Below the pieces are notes generated by a model, which was not told the origin of the DNA, did no database searches, and saw nothing but the letters and a program-made list of their open reading frames with translations. A program made the position numbers and the translations under genes. 64,000 bases of DNA from Selaginella moellendorffii (taxonomy: Eukaryota; Plantae; Lycopodiophyta): positions 100,575 to 164,574 of the forward strand of contig NW_003314354.1 of the NCBI RefSeq assembly GCF_000143415.4. The letters are read 5' to 3'. Of the stretch, positions 50,479-64,000 are shown one piece after another (positions within the stretch are counted from its first letter, which is position 1; each line of letters starts with the position of its first letter).

Positions 50479-53400
50479 TATAAGGTTTAGGGTCTAAACC
50501 CCAATTAATATACCTATATCCCGAACACTCACATTACTGGAATTAAGTGGCATTACAATTTATCCTTGAAGAGCAAAACTTTTTAGCAATGCTTTACTCT
50601 AGTATTTGGGATTATGCTTTTTGTTCTTATTTCTTTGTTCTCTTTTAGATTTAGATTTGCATTTGCTTTTTGCAAGATTTAGAATTTTAACTATCATTAT
50701 GCTAGATTTGCTCTTTCTTTTGATTTTCATTGCATTCTTTTCTTCTATTATACCATGCTGTAGCGCACGTGGTTTTGACCCTTTATCCTATGGTGATTTA
50801 CCATAGGATAACACCACGAAGCGGAACCTAAACCCTCTTTGTGCCACGTGACAGATGCCACGTGTCACATGCCACGTGTCCACAGGAACCCGAGGTTCAG
50901 GGCCTTGGGCCACTGAACGAATGAACGGTGCCAAACTCCCAAACATGGAGCCAAGGAGTGATGGAACCGAACCACGGAGCAACTCCCAAGCATACAGCCC
51001 AAGGAGCGAAGGGACAGGGGCCCGGAGCGACTTGGAACAGTCCTGGAGCAACCAGCATCCCATTGCCAGGACCAGCACGCAAAACGGAGCCAAACGGAGT
51101 CTGGCACTATTTCTGCATACCGGTGGCCTAACGCGAGGACATGGGTACTCCACCAGCTAGCATGGAATGGAACTTGGGCTTAGACCCAAGTCAAACGCAG
51201 AACAAGGACAGGCACGCAAGCGGGAGCTAGACTATGCCTCAGGTTGGTCGGCCATGCCCGACCTACCCACTATCCCTACTATACATTTGGAACCCCCCAT
51301 AGCCCCCCCCCCTTTGAGGAACACACGCTTTGGGCTTTCACCCCAAGCCTCCCTTAGTATCAGGAGTTAGTCTCTGGGACAAGCTTGAAACTTACTAAAT
51401 ATGGAATGTCCTTAGAATGTGAATTTGGACATGGGATGAACACCATTGTGTTCAGGCCGATCTCTACATTCCGTAGATATGCCAAATGAGCAAATCTAGA
51501 CACTTTCCATAAATAGCATTTGGGACCGAAATGAGACTAACACAAAGGGCATGATAGCGAGGGTATTTGGCAGACACGGTAATCTATCATCTAGCGAATA
51601 TTGAGGGACCAATCTCAATATCGCGGGGGTTCCTAACACTAGCAAGTGGAAGCCAACATCATGAGTTTCTCATCACCGTGTCAAGTCTGCTTGACTAAAT
51701 GACAACTTAGGATTTCCTTCTTTAGTGCCCTTCCGGTCTAAGTGCACATGTGATGACCAGTTTCTCAACTAGCTTAGGTGGAAACTGATAACGGGTCCAG
51801 CAATACCGACCTCCTGCCATCGTGGCAGTAAGGTAAGAGTGTCCGTAAGGGCTAGCCGACAGGTAACTTTCGATACTCGAAGTCACATGCGCGACACTCT
51901 CCCCCCCTTGGGAAGATCGACGTCCTTGTCGATGCATACTCGAGTCTAGAATACCGCCAAGGAAACAACGCCATAAAAAGTTCACGGTACTCACACTATG
52001 TGAGAAATGCACCAACTTAAATGAGTTAGGGGGTAACCTCTTTGTCTAACGCGGATGCGCTACCAGCTCAGACACCTTCCGGCCGTCGCCGACAAGGAAA
52101 TGACCAACGGAGTCAGCCACCCTTGCTGCTCTGGGAGTCACCCAGCTTACAAAAGTGTGATATGCCCCTGCCCGCAGGGACATAGAGAGAGAAGCCAGAG
52201 GCCCCAACCCTCCTAAGCAAAGAAACCAAACCCGTCGGTAAGGTTTAGATAGACTACTGTAAACAGGCAGGTAGAGTTGTTTACACGGTCACGCCCTTGC
52301 ACAGAATAAGGAACATCGACAGAGAGGCGGGTTATGTGACCAGTCGACAGTAGCTACCCCATGACTAGAGATTTCACCATGCACACGAAGTGCTGAAGCC
52401 AGTCTGCCTATACTGGCCCAAACGCAAAGATCAATGGATGGACAATATCAAAGTCAGAGACAATGATATCTGAGAAGCTTAATTACTAGTGATTATATCT
52501 TAGAGTAGAACACAAAAGTATTCTAAGCAAGTTATCATCCGATAAACCAGTAGTATTGTAGATAGGAACCACCAACAGATCATCATAATTTGGCAAACAC
52601 AGGAATGACCATCCAACAAAATTCAATAGCTAGTATATCATCAAGGAAACTCAATGATGAAACTTAACTATCAAAGATAGTAGACAGTAAGCCAACAACT
52701 TACTAGAGAGAACTCAAAGAACACAAAGTATCATTGACTAACAAGCATAATGCTCGCGAATGTATCACCTAAAGGAAATAACATCCAAATCTATCAAAAC
52801 TAACTCGAGCAACAATCAACAGAAGAAAATGAATGTGGTAAGACCAACAAACACTCATTCCTGCCAACTATCACAAAAGCCAATCTGAATAGATCCCAGC
52901 CAACAATACCAAGGAACTCAAGTTGCCTAAGCAAGTGTCAGCAACATCCTACTGACGTCTCAAACCCAAGAGACCAATCCAGAGCAAACCACAAAGAACA
53001 TGTGGTATTGCCAAAAGCCAAAAGCCATCAAAGAGAACAACTAACTATCATGAAAGATCGTCAATCAGCCCATCAATGTAGTGATGTATAATCATCGTTG
53101 AAGAAAGAATCTACCATCCCAAAGAATAGCAAATAATTCCAAACCAACAATAATCAAGCAAAACTTGTGATAAGGACAATTAACTACCCTAGATGATAGT
53201 CAATCATCACCAATGATTGCCAGATGCAAAAACCAACTTCAACATCGAAGCTAATGAGCCAAAATGCCTTCCCCAACAACTTTTAACAAATGGAACAATG
53301 AGCACAAAACTCAAGAACCAAAAGCTCGAAGAAGCCTATAACTAAGTCTTGCCTAATAATGATCACGAGTCTCATAGAAGCTAACTTCAATACTAAAAAA

Positions 53401-56400
53401 GAAATCATGGTGCAACCCACAATATCTTCCTCAACACATCCATAAGCCAAATTTCATAATGCCAAAGCTAATGAAGAGCATTTCTGCATCAATCCAAAAG
53501 TTAAGCATAACGAAGCTATGTTTAACAAGTGATCATCAAACGATCCTCCATGAATCCATCTATAGCAAGACGTAACTCACTTCATAGCAAGTACAAGAAG
53601 AATCATCAATGATGGATATATTTCAACTAAAATCCTATAAGGATTCAAAATATTCCAATATTGATCACTAACTCTCCCACTTGTAGAGTTAGCATAGTCC
53701 ACGACTGAATCATTTTTCAAGGAAAAGCTAAAGCTCAACCCCTACTAAACAATCTCATCTAGAACACAACTAACTTAACTTGCCACTCAGTTCATTTGAA
53801 TGTCAACACAGTTGCTAACTAGCAAATGCATGAATGCCAACGACACAAAGCTAAAGCCAAATCATCAACACTATTTTTATCAGAACTAATGAAACTCAAT
53901 ATCAATCCTACAGAGAGACATCTCATTTCACTCAAGTCTCAATATCAACAATATCAATGACAAGGCCTCACTTCAATGCCATCAACACCAGGACAAAGCT
54001 AGAAGGAAGCAAGAGTGAATCACCACTCGGAGCTTTCCAGCAACCAAGCTAACCAAAGTCGAAGATACTTTAGTCAGTATCCGAGACCAATCCTCCAACA
54101 AAACTCAGTTACGGATAACACGTCATCAAGGAGTGATTCACCACGTCCAAGACTCAATGAAATCCAACACTACGGACTAAATGTAACCAAATGATATCAA
54201 CAAAGATAGAGTCGATATGCCAACATGGAAAACCCATGTAAGTCTAACGATACGATCCTCCGCAACACCATCCGGTAAAGCAAGCCCATCACTGCTAAAT
54301 CATCATCGAGCAAAGAAAGTATCAACAGTCTTTTTGACAAAGTCTACAAGTAATCACTAGTCGCAAAGCAACTAACAATCGCCCTTTAACTTGCCTTCAC
54401 AAGACCCGAACACTAACTCATGTCATCGAGTTACATACTTGTCCAACATGAACATAATACCCCAGGTACGAGATAAAAGTTCATAGACAAGCACAAACTA
54501 AATGACCACTCGAATCCAACTCAACCGCAATAAGCTCACTAAAACATTTAGCCAATACCTCTGAGCATGCCTTGAAGAGGCTAGCTATGCATGATCAACA
54601 CTCAGTCGAAACTAAAGTGAAGACCATGAGATGGACTCATATTGGTACACAACCTCCTCATAGACAAAGCTATAATACGGGTACCAACATCTTAACCTCA
54701 AACAACTAAGTTGGACATCACCATCCTTAGCCAAGGCACAGGGCTACCAAGACTAAGTCAAGATCAGTGAGAGCTCACGACTCTCATAGAGTCTTAGCAA
54801 AATGTAAGGTGGAACCTGCCACCGAGCATAATGCTACAAAAGAAAGGCACAAGAGTCACCCTTCTTAGAAAAGTGCAACGACCACTTTTCTACACTAACC
54901 CCAGACTCTATCCAACTCAATTGCCTTAGCCCCAAAAGTCAGCATCCCTTTCGGGTCGCATCATACAAACTACTTACTAAGGTTTAAGCCAACCGAAGCC
55001 AACTCCAACCCCTTCAATAGTTTGTACTGGCTTACGAAAACAGAATGGTTTTCGAGCAAAGTGACCAACAGATCAGCCATTGGAAAAGTCTAAGAAAATT
55101 TGTGGAAAATTTTCCATCCTAGGGAAAGAATAACTCTTAGTCCAGGAATGCAAACTTTCAAGACTCAACCAACTTCCTCCTACTAACAACTTCACATAGA
55201 TTCACCTCAACACAAATTCTCATGACCCATAATATGCTTAAGCATTGAACATCTTTGCCCATTTTTCCGATATCCAACACCGACATCCGCAAAGTGCAAA
55301 ATGAGCATCCAAGGCTTGATCACAAAGACCACATCATCGGATATCCACATTGCACTAACACTCTTCTTCAACCACCGTCGAGATCCAATGTGAAGCCAAA
55401 ACACTAACAAGAAAAATAACATGGAAAATCAAGCTCTAAGGAAAATTCCTCATCACTCGAATCAATAATGCCACTTCCACTAACACAAGTGCTAGTGATG
55501 TCAATGCCCCAACTACACATCTTCTCCATCCAACAATCTACTCCAAGTGTTAACGGATCACCAACAAGCCATAGCAAATGAATGCTATAACCCTTTTCCA
55601 ACATCTTAATGGGCAAACTTTAGGAAACAAGGTACCTACTTAAGCTTAGCATAATGGACCACCATTGAGAATCCAGTCAAAGCTACTACAATGCTACTTC
55701 GTGCAAGTAGACTAGCTTCTCCATCAACCACTTTGGGGTTAATCATCATTTACCCAAGCAACTTCGTAAACACATTGCTCATTATCACATGGATATGATA
55801 TAAATCACAATGACTTGATCATCAATTGAGTAACGCAATGAGCAAAGCTTATGTCATTACTTCAAATGGTTATGTGAGTATCAAATGCCAACTCGATTCG
55901 ACAAAATGCAACATAAATGCCACACTCCACCAATAGAGATTTACGACACCCAACACCACTAACTTTTGTTCACAACACAGACAAGCTTATGCCACTCTCT
56001 TTCCGACCAATCTCAAAACTATTCCAACACCAAGCTACTTAAGGAGCAATAACAAGGTTCCCCGGAAAAGAATTGAGCATTGCAACCCAAATCTTCCAAT
56101 AGCAAGCCTAGACAAAATGGTTTAGTGTTTCACCACTATCCATCCCATAACTCACCACTTGTAAGACCACCATCTCCAACATGCATCAAGGTAGGGACTC
56201 TTGATTGCATAATGTGAACACGAGCAATGAGTCACACCTCGTTGCAAATCATCTCTCCAAGAAGAGAAAATGATTTACGTATTTGATCCTCCGTCCTCGA
56301 TGACTCTCTTTTCGGTCTCATCTTTGACCAAACCTCAAGCTTGCTTTCGCACTGCCTTCAATTCAATCCAAGAAAAGTTTATGAGAGAGCACAGCAATGA

Positions 56401-59400
56401 TTACTTGAACCAATAGACTATTCCCTACAGTCTTGATTGATCCACTTGTAATCATGCCTAGGAAGGATCCACTAGTGCCATGCTAAAGAGCTACGGACCA
56501 GCTTATTTGCCACTCATAACAAACCTAGGGAGGTTTGCTTTCACCCATGGTACATGGAACAACTTATGGAACCACTGGAACCATCGATAGGCTTACATTA
56601 ATCCTGCCAACTCAAAGTGTAACCTCAAGTTGCTAATGCGCCTCACTCACGAGCCCAAGCTCAAACTCGTGCAAATGGAACATCTCCAAACCATCCTATG
56701 AGCCCAAGCGCAAGCTCACATCATAAGGTACAACAAGGTAACCCAAAACCTATCCCAAGGAACCAATGCGAAGTCTTTGCACCAAAATGTGTACCCACTC
56801 GGATCATCGTTTTCATCTCTGCGTATGCAACGAGACTAGTTGCCCAATCTCATTGGATAGTACTCACCGAGACTCATCCTCTGATACCAAATGTAGCGCA
56901 CGTGGTTTTGACCCTTTATCCTATGGTGATTTACCATAGGATAACACCACGAAGCGGAACCTAAACCCTCTTTGTGCCACGTGACAGATGCCATGTGTCA
57001 CATGCCACGTGTCCACAGGAACCCGAGGTTCAGGGCCTTGGGCCACTGAACGAATGAACGGTGCCAAACTCCCAAACATGGAGCCAAGGAGTGATGGAAC
57101 CGAACCACGGAGCAACTCCCAAGCATACAGCCCAAGGAGCGAAGGGACAGGGGCCCGGAGCGACTTGGAACAGTCCTGGAGCAACCAGCATCCCATTGCC
57201 AGGACCAGCACGCAAAACGGAGCCAAACGGAGTCTGGCACTATTTCTGCATACCGGTGGCCTAACGCAAGGACATGGGTACTCCACCAGCTAGCATGGAA
57301 TGGAACTTGGGCTTAGACCCAAGCCAGACGCAGAACAAGGACATGCACGCAAGCGGGAGCTAGACTATGCCTCAGGTTGGTCGGCCATGCCCGACCTACC
57401 CACTATCCCTACTATACATTTGGAACCCCCCATAGCCCCCCCCCCCCTTGAGGAACACACGCTTTGGGCTTTCACCCCAAGCCTCCCTTAGTATCAGGAG
57501 TTAGTCTCTGGGACAAGCTTGAAACTTACTAAATATGGAATGTCCTTAGAATGTGAATTTGGACATGGGATGAACACCATTGTGTTCAGGCCGATCTCTA
57601 CATTCCGTAGATATGCCAAATGAGCAAATCTAGACACTTTCCATAAATAGCATTTGGGACCGAAATGAGACTAACACAAAGGGCATGATAGCGAGGGTGT
57701 TTGGCAGACACGGTAATCTATCATCTAGCGAATATTGAGGGACCAATCTCAATATCGCGGGGGTTCCTAACACTAGCAAGTGCAAGCCAACATCATGAGT
57801 TTCTCATCACCGTGTCAAGTCTGCTTGACTAAATGACAACTTAGGATTTCCTTCTTTAGTGCCCTTCCGGTCTAAGTGCACATGTGATGACCAGTTTCTC
57901 AACTAGCTTAGGTGGAAACTGATAACGGGTCCAGCAATACCGACCTCCTGCCATCGTAGCAGTAAGGTAAGAGTGTCCGTAAGGACTAGCCGACAGGTAA
58001 CTTTCGATACTCGAAGTCACATGCACGATACATGCCATCATTAATCAAAGAGTATGTCATTTGAGGCTGCTAATGCTACTTTATTGGATCAAACTTTTGA
58101 TGCTCTAAACTATGATCATGTTAGTGTTGCATCCATCTTTGGTGTGTTGTCATCTCTAACTTCTGTAGGATGTGATTACATAGTTTGTCCTATTCTCAAT
58201 GTTTTGCCATTTATTGTTGATATGGAGCATGATTGTGACATTGATTGGTGAGCTATAGATGATGCAGTCTAGTTTTTGAAGAATGTTCAAAGATTAAGTT
58301 TATAAAAAAATGATGTGTATGAGCTCAAATGGATTCTAGATTGTTTTGACAAACTTGATTATTATGGAGATAACTTTAGAGATGAAGTGAAGATTTTGCA
58401 GGGTAAGTGTTAATTTTTTAATTTGCCATTTGATCCTTTCTCTTTACCTTTTGCTCTTTTCCAACCTTTTTTTGTTTTTCAGCTTAACCCACCTTTTTAT
58501 GTTCCTATTATTTCCTTATTTATAGTGTTTTTTTCTCCTAGCACATCGATCATTTATTATTCTGATAATTCTTATTCTAAGTTTAGTGTTGAGTTAAGTG
58601 ATTTTTGTCCTCATATTAATTTGGATGTTGAATGTGTGCATGAAGTTAAGAATCTTGCTTTTCTTTCATTAGCAAAGTCTTTAATCAATTTTGGTGTTGA
58701 ATATTTCCTTATTCCAAGGGTTGAGTCACTTTGGCTAAAGTTTTTGGTTGAATGTATATCCCCACTTGTGAATACCATTAAAAAGACTTTGCTTTACTGT
58801 TGATGCTGAGGAATTTATATATTCTTTTGAGAGTGTAGAGATTATTATTGATTTTCCCATCTCAAGTGTTAAGTTGTGTGTTGAGGAGGTTGAGTGGTGT
58901 GAATCTTTTGCTTATATTATAGTGCCCAAAGTATTTTATGATGAGAAATCTTCTATTTTCCAAGTTTTGAGCATTTGTCATTCTTTTTATTTCCCCATTT
59001 CTGTATTACCAATTGCTGCAAATTCCTTTTTTGATACTTCTTTATCCATTTTTTCTTCTTCCTCAATTTTTCTTGTTTTCTTCTTTCTACCCTGACACTT
59101 TCAAAAAAAAATTTCTTCGAAGGAGGGGGTAAAAAAGATGGATGGGAATTTAGCCCTGACGATGGAGTGAGGATGAGTGAATTCAATAGTGGAGCAAAGA
59201 CAAATGACATAGATTGTGGAGTGAGGATGAGCATAATGAACTCAAATGGAACATCCAACTTTGACGTAGTGAGGCCAAACAAACTATAATAACTCTCAAA
59301 ATTCCTAATTTCAATTTAAAGTTATGGCTTTGATGTTGATTTAAGCATTTAGCAATTCTATATGGAGTTGCATTGGTTTATCAAGATTTCGTAGTTGACT

Positions 59401-59737
59401 AATATTTATGCCATAGCTTTGGGTTTTAATTTAGTTATAGTTATCAACAACTTTGTTGATGGTTTTGTAAAAGCTTTAAATTCTTATGACAGTTTGTAAT
59501 CACCTAGCAGAAGCTCTAAATGTTCCACCTAATTTATTGTTATTATCTTTTCATCTTCCGGAGGGGAGGATGATGTAAGGTTTGTAAATATATGTATGTA
59601 TATATATGTATACTAATTATAATACTATAGTATATGGATTATCCATTTGAAACTAAATTTAGTCCATCCATTCTTGTATATAAGTAAAGGTTTAAACCTC
59701 AATTAATATACCTATTCCTATATCCTGAGCACTCACA
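50479..59737 (+). mobile_element. Old degenerate LTR element (family E, related to A), interrupted by family C
   Basis: Deleted 5' LTR 50479-50533 ending CACTCACA plus a PBS-like sequence; PPT GGAGGGGAGGATGA and 3' LTR 59574-59737; no TSD recognised. Confidence 0.6.
50759..58030 (-). mobile_element. Full-length non-autonomous LTR element, family C (LARD-like)
   Basis: LTRs 50759-51896 and 56892-58030 differ at roughly a dozen sites; TSD CATGC on both sides; minus-strand PBS TGGTATCAGAG (56879-56889) and PPT from 51897; 5-kb interior without a long ORF. Confidence 0.95.
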
Positions 59738-60949
59738 TTATAAGCTATATGTATCTATAAATTAATTATATATTAATATGGTACCAAGCTTCAAGTTATA
59801 ATTCTGTTGTGAGTATTTAAGTGATAATAAAATGATGACTAACATGCATTATTTCCCCTTTCAATTATATTTTGAGACTCTTACTAGAAAAGCTCTAAAA
59901 TCCAAAGCTTTATTTTAGAGCTTCTGTTGATATAAGCAAACCCAAAGGTAAATCATATCATAATATGAGTTCTAAAAGTAATAAAAGGTTAACAAAATAC
60001 TTATATTCATCTAATAAAGAAAATGATAAATTGATTTTACTACTATATCTTTGCATTGAACACATCTATGAACAACTTGAAAGAACCACTACCATATTTA
60101 GTGTGTAATTCCTATAATTTGATGCTTAGTCATATGACTGTTTAGAATTATTTATACAAATTCAATAGAAGATTCAACAATAGACCATAGTGCTTATTGT
60201 GACTCTTGACTTGTATGATGTTGGCATGTTTTCTTTAATGGTAATTGTAGAATGACATCCTTATTAAAATGAAATTTAGATTTTATTTTTCTATTGTAAT
60301 TTAAAATGTTAGCAATTAATATTTGTGAGTGTTAATATTGAGAAGCACAGCATATTTCCTTATCAATATGACACAAGAAACAAAGTATAAAGCTTATTGG
60401 TAAAAACACTAATAGTTATAATTTTCTTGTATTCTTTTATAGATTACTCCAAATTCAAAGTAGGATATATATTCAAAAGAGTGAGCACTCTACCCAATAG
60501 TATAATTGAAAAGAAATCATTCTCCTTTGGTTAACAAATTACACAATCAATGATGGTAGAAACTCTAAATTGCTGGTAGCATCTCTAGCTTAATCAAGTC
60601 ACCCTTTCAAAAAAGGAAATATGGAAAGAGAGGATGAACAAGTGATATGGTAGAAAAATAACACACTTATGTTGACAACAGTGGCATAGAAGAAATCAAC
60701 AAGTATTAGGTAGAGACAACCTTTATCAAGAGCTTAGAAAACAACATATATAAGTGATTTAGCTTATATATTATAAAGGACCTAACATATTAGGACAACT
60801 ACCTAATATCCCAGCCAAAATATTTGGATGCACATGAATATATATATTAAGAAATATCTCTAGCAACTTTCTATTTGTATGTGCAATGCACAATAAAAAA
60901 ATATTATGAAAAATATGACTAACTAAAACATTGTCAAAATATGATTATA

Positions 60950-63820
60950 ACATATATATAGCCATTGCTATAAAGAATAAAAATTGGCTCCACCGTATAA
61001 CGCAAGTGTAAACGGCAACATGTGGCAATAGGTCGAGCAATAGAAGATAAATTCAAACATGTATCAACCAATACAAAGAGAATAATATAAGACCTCTTGT
61101 TATAAAAACAAGCTTAGAAAGTAAACACTGGATGAATTGATGCTAAGTGAACCCTTTGATGATACTCCCTAAAGAAAGATAGAGGAGTCGTTAACTTATT
61201 CAAACAAGGTCCTTTTATTATTCGCGCAACTCGTTATTTCCCAAATGCATCTCGATGTCCAGACCTTCCACTACAACAACACCAACAGGACGTTGTTGAT
61301 GCCAAGGTTTCCACCTAAGAAATGGTGGTTGCCAATCTGGAAAATGCCGATAACACCGATAAGTGTGACTAATTTCATTATACGCCTAATAACGAACATC
61401 ACAACCACAATCACAGCCTCGCTCTTATCCTTGAACTCGAGCAACAATAGCATTAACCTCCATTGGAACAGAACCATCACCCATATGAAGTGGAGCTGAA
61501 GACATGCAGTGAGAAGTGGAAAAGGCGATGTCTCATAACATTGTGCCAAGCAAAGAGCATCATTAAGGGTGGTGGGAGTAAGTGCATGCATAAATCCGAC
61601 AAAATCTTGACGAAATGCTAGTCACAACATTCTTAGCTTGATCCGCTCTGACATATTTGGTTCCGAACGAAGCAAAAGACTTCGGAAACGAACACTAAAT
61701 TGCATCACCAACTCAAATGGCCCTTGGCAAAGATAGCATGTCCAAATGCGCGTTTGAAGACGTCCGAGAGAACACTCTAATCCCCACGAGTGGCTGCACT
61801 CAAACCATTGTACCACTGCAATGCCGTCCCTTAGAGACACATGGGAAAGTCACGCAAACATCAAGCATCATTTCAAGAATGATATGTGGCAATCACTATG
61901 AAGTGATCAAACTAATGGTACATATTATCCCCAGAATTCCCGCAAAAGAACTCTGGCTGAACACGAGGATTGGCACCAAGAGCAGAAGGAATTGTACCAC
62001 GTGCCATGAACACTGCCATCAACTAAATTTGGTTATTCAATTATAAGCACATAGCTGTAAGCCACAAATTTTTCCTTTCCAATTTGCCAGCTTACCTCGC
62101 CTATCCGACCAACTCTGCCTTGGCTTGTGCTAAGTTCCCTCGCCAAGGTTCTCGTCTATGGTACCAGCTCCTACTTGGTTTCAGCTACTTACTGCACGAG
62201 CAACGGAGTGTTAGCCATCCCTAAGTTGTAAGGAACCGACTCCCCGAGATGTCGTAGGCTAAAGGATCCCCAAAAGCTTGACCGAAATGACAAAGAGTTC
62301 ATCGGATGGGACCAAGTCGAGGATCGAGTCCAAGACCGACTCTAGGACCGAGTTCGAGATAGAGTCCGGAATCGAGTCCGAGACCGACTCGGGGACCGAG
62401 TTCGAGTCCGAGTTCGAGACCGAGTTTGAGACGGAGTCCGAGATCCGAAATCGGGTCCGAGACCGAGTCCGAGGTCGAGTCCGAGGTCGGGTCCGAGATC
62501 GGGTCCGAGATCGAGTCCGAAATCGAGTCCGAGACCGAATCCGAAGTCGGATCCGAAATCGGGTCCGAGATCGAGCCAGAGACTAAGTCCAAATACTAAT
62601 ACGGGTCACGGGGTGAAAGCCCAAAGCGTGCGTCTCCCAGGGGGGGGGGGGGGGGGGGGCGCGGGGGGTTCCAAAAGTATAGTAGGGATAGTGAGGTCCA
62701 GGAACCAATTTTGAAGGGACTCTCCAGTTGGGCTTCCAAACCGACTTGAGGTTGGGACTGGGACTGAGGGGCCTTGGGTGGGAGTGAGCATGGACTTGGC
62801 TGGTGCTGGAGGGGCCATCCAAGGAAGTGCTCAAGAGCAGCTCCCACTCCCGAAAGGGAAACCGACTGCGGTGCTCCCGGCTCAGGTGGAGTGGTGCCCC
62901 GCTTGAGTACCTTGTGGCTCATTGGTCCTCGCCCTTCCGGGGGCTTGGGCCTTCCCTTCGGGATGGAAGAGGGGGGGTAGAGGTACCCATACCGGGCCGT
63001 TAGGCCACGGTGTTTCGCCCCGACGTCCCGAAGCAAGTGCTGCACCCAAGGCTTGGGATTTAGAGGGTCCCATGATCAAGTCTTGTGGTACCAAGGGGTG
63101 TTAGGAATCTGGAGGCTTGGTGTGCTTGGCTGCTTGTGCCTGCGGGGAGTGTAGCCGAACCTTAAGTCCAGTCTAACCTGGGGAGGGGGATTGGGAGAGA
63201 TTTGGGAATCCATAGATGAATGGCTAACACTCCGTTGCTCGTGCAGTAAGTAGCTGAAACCAAGTAGGAGCTGGTACCATAGGCGAGAACCTTGGCGAGG
63301 GAACTTAGCACAAGCCAAGGCAGAGTTGGTCGGATAGGCGAGGTAAGCTGGCAAATTGGAAAGGAAAAATTTGTGGCTTACAATAGCTTCAAGCAATTAT
63401 ACCAACTGCTGCTCCAAAATCAAAGGAGGAGATTGTTGATTTGCCATAAAAATGAATGAAAAGAAAAGAGCAAAAGAAGAGAAATGACAAAAAGTTAAAA
63501 AGAAAAGGAGATCTAGACAATCCAAAAAGTTAGATCTAAATCAAAATCTTGAAAGGAAAAAACAAAAGAAAGGAAATGGAAAAAGCTAGATCCAAATTAA
63601 ATTCCTAAATTCAAGCACTCCTTAAGAACAATCAAAGATGCCTTCACCTCCACCAATGTGAGTGTATGGAATATAGAAAGGAAATACAAAAAATGTGCAT
63701 ATCAATTAACCCAAAAACCTTAGTTTAAGTGGTCTGGATTGAAATCAATTCAACAGCTACCAAAATCCCACTACACTAATATTAATATATAGCATTGTAG
63801 CCATACACTTGGCCCTCACA
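60950..63820 (-). mobile_element. Truncated family A Gypsy copy (LTR 63657-63820, PBS, gag remnant)
   Basis: Reverse complement of 1131-2740; PBS TGGTGGAGGTGAAGGCA. Confidence 0.85.
62056..63382. mobile_element. LTR-derived insertion with 163-bp terminal inverted repeats
   Basis: 62056-62218 and 63220-63382 are inverted, 162/163 identical; TGT...ACA ends; TSD ATAGC on both sides; an internal solo LTR appears to start TGTAAGG at 62227. Confidence 0.9.
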
Positions 63821-64000
63821 ATATAATATTTTTTTTAGATAATAAATAGGCACATAAATGTTTTTTGAAAAAAAAATTTAGAAAAGAAAAATACTATAAC
63901 AAAAAAACTTCTATATAGATTAAAAAAAATAGAAATACTTATAACACACATCATATTTTGGCTAAATACTAAAGAAGTTATATGCTATTTGCCACTTGCT

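Noticed and set aside
50788-51370. Recurrent 60-125 aa ORFs (also 7388-7765 and 56921-57491)
   Set aside because: They recur only because they lie in family C LTR copies; no protein motifs.

Overview
Plant nuclear DNA. The ~50-nt GT-AG introns, very short intergenic spacers and gene content suggest a compact lycophyte genome such as Selaginella (inferred, not verified). Positions ~1.1-35.5 kb and ~50.5-63.8 kb are nests of degenerate Ty3/Gypsy and non-autonomous LTR elements, many with TSDs that can be read directly. Positions ~36.2-50.0 kb are a host gene island: TBC RabGAP, RWP-RK/RKD factor, NADAR remnant, DIS3L-type exoribonuclease, BORCS5-like gene and a CYP71-clan P450. The standout is a 12.25-kb DNA transposon at 9606-21856 (24-bp perfect TIRs, 4-bp GAGG TSD, Sola-like DDD transposase). 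Divergently from the transposase it carries an 11-exon, ~1640-codon cargo gene that appears to join a ParB/DGQHR-like domain, a degenerate beta-class N4/N6 DNA-methyltransferase-like fold, an acidic linker and an FCP1/NIF-type HAD phosphatase domain. The element is also studded from end to end with >20 copies of a 22-bp palindrome, ATGGCRTGNGGCCNCAYGCCAT, found mostly in introns and non-coding DNA. Together these suggest a TE-encoded self-recognition system (parS/ParB-like, or VANC-like anti-silencing). Domain calls are by eye from motifs and need HMM or structure confirmation.
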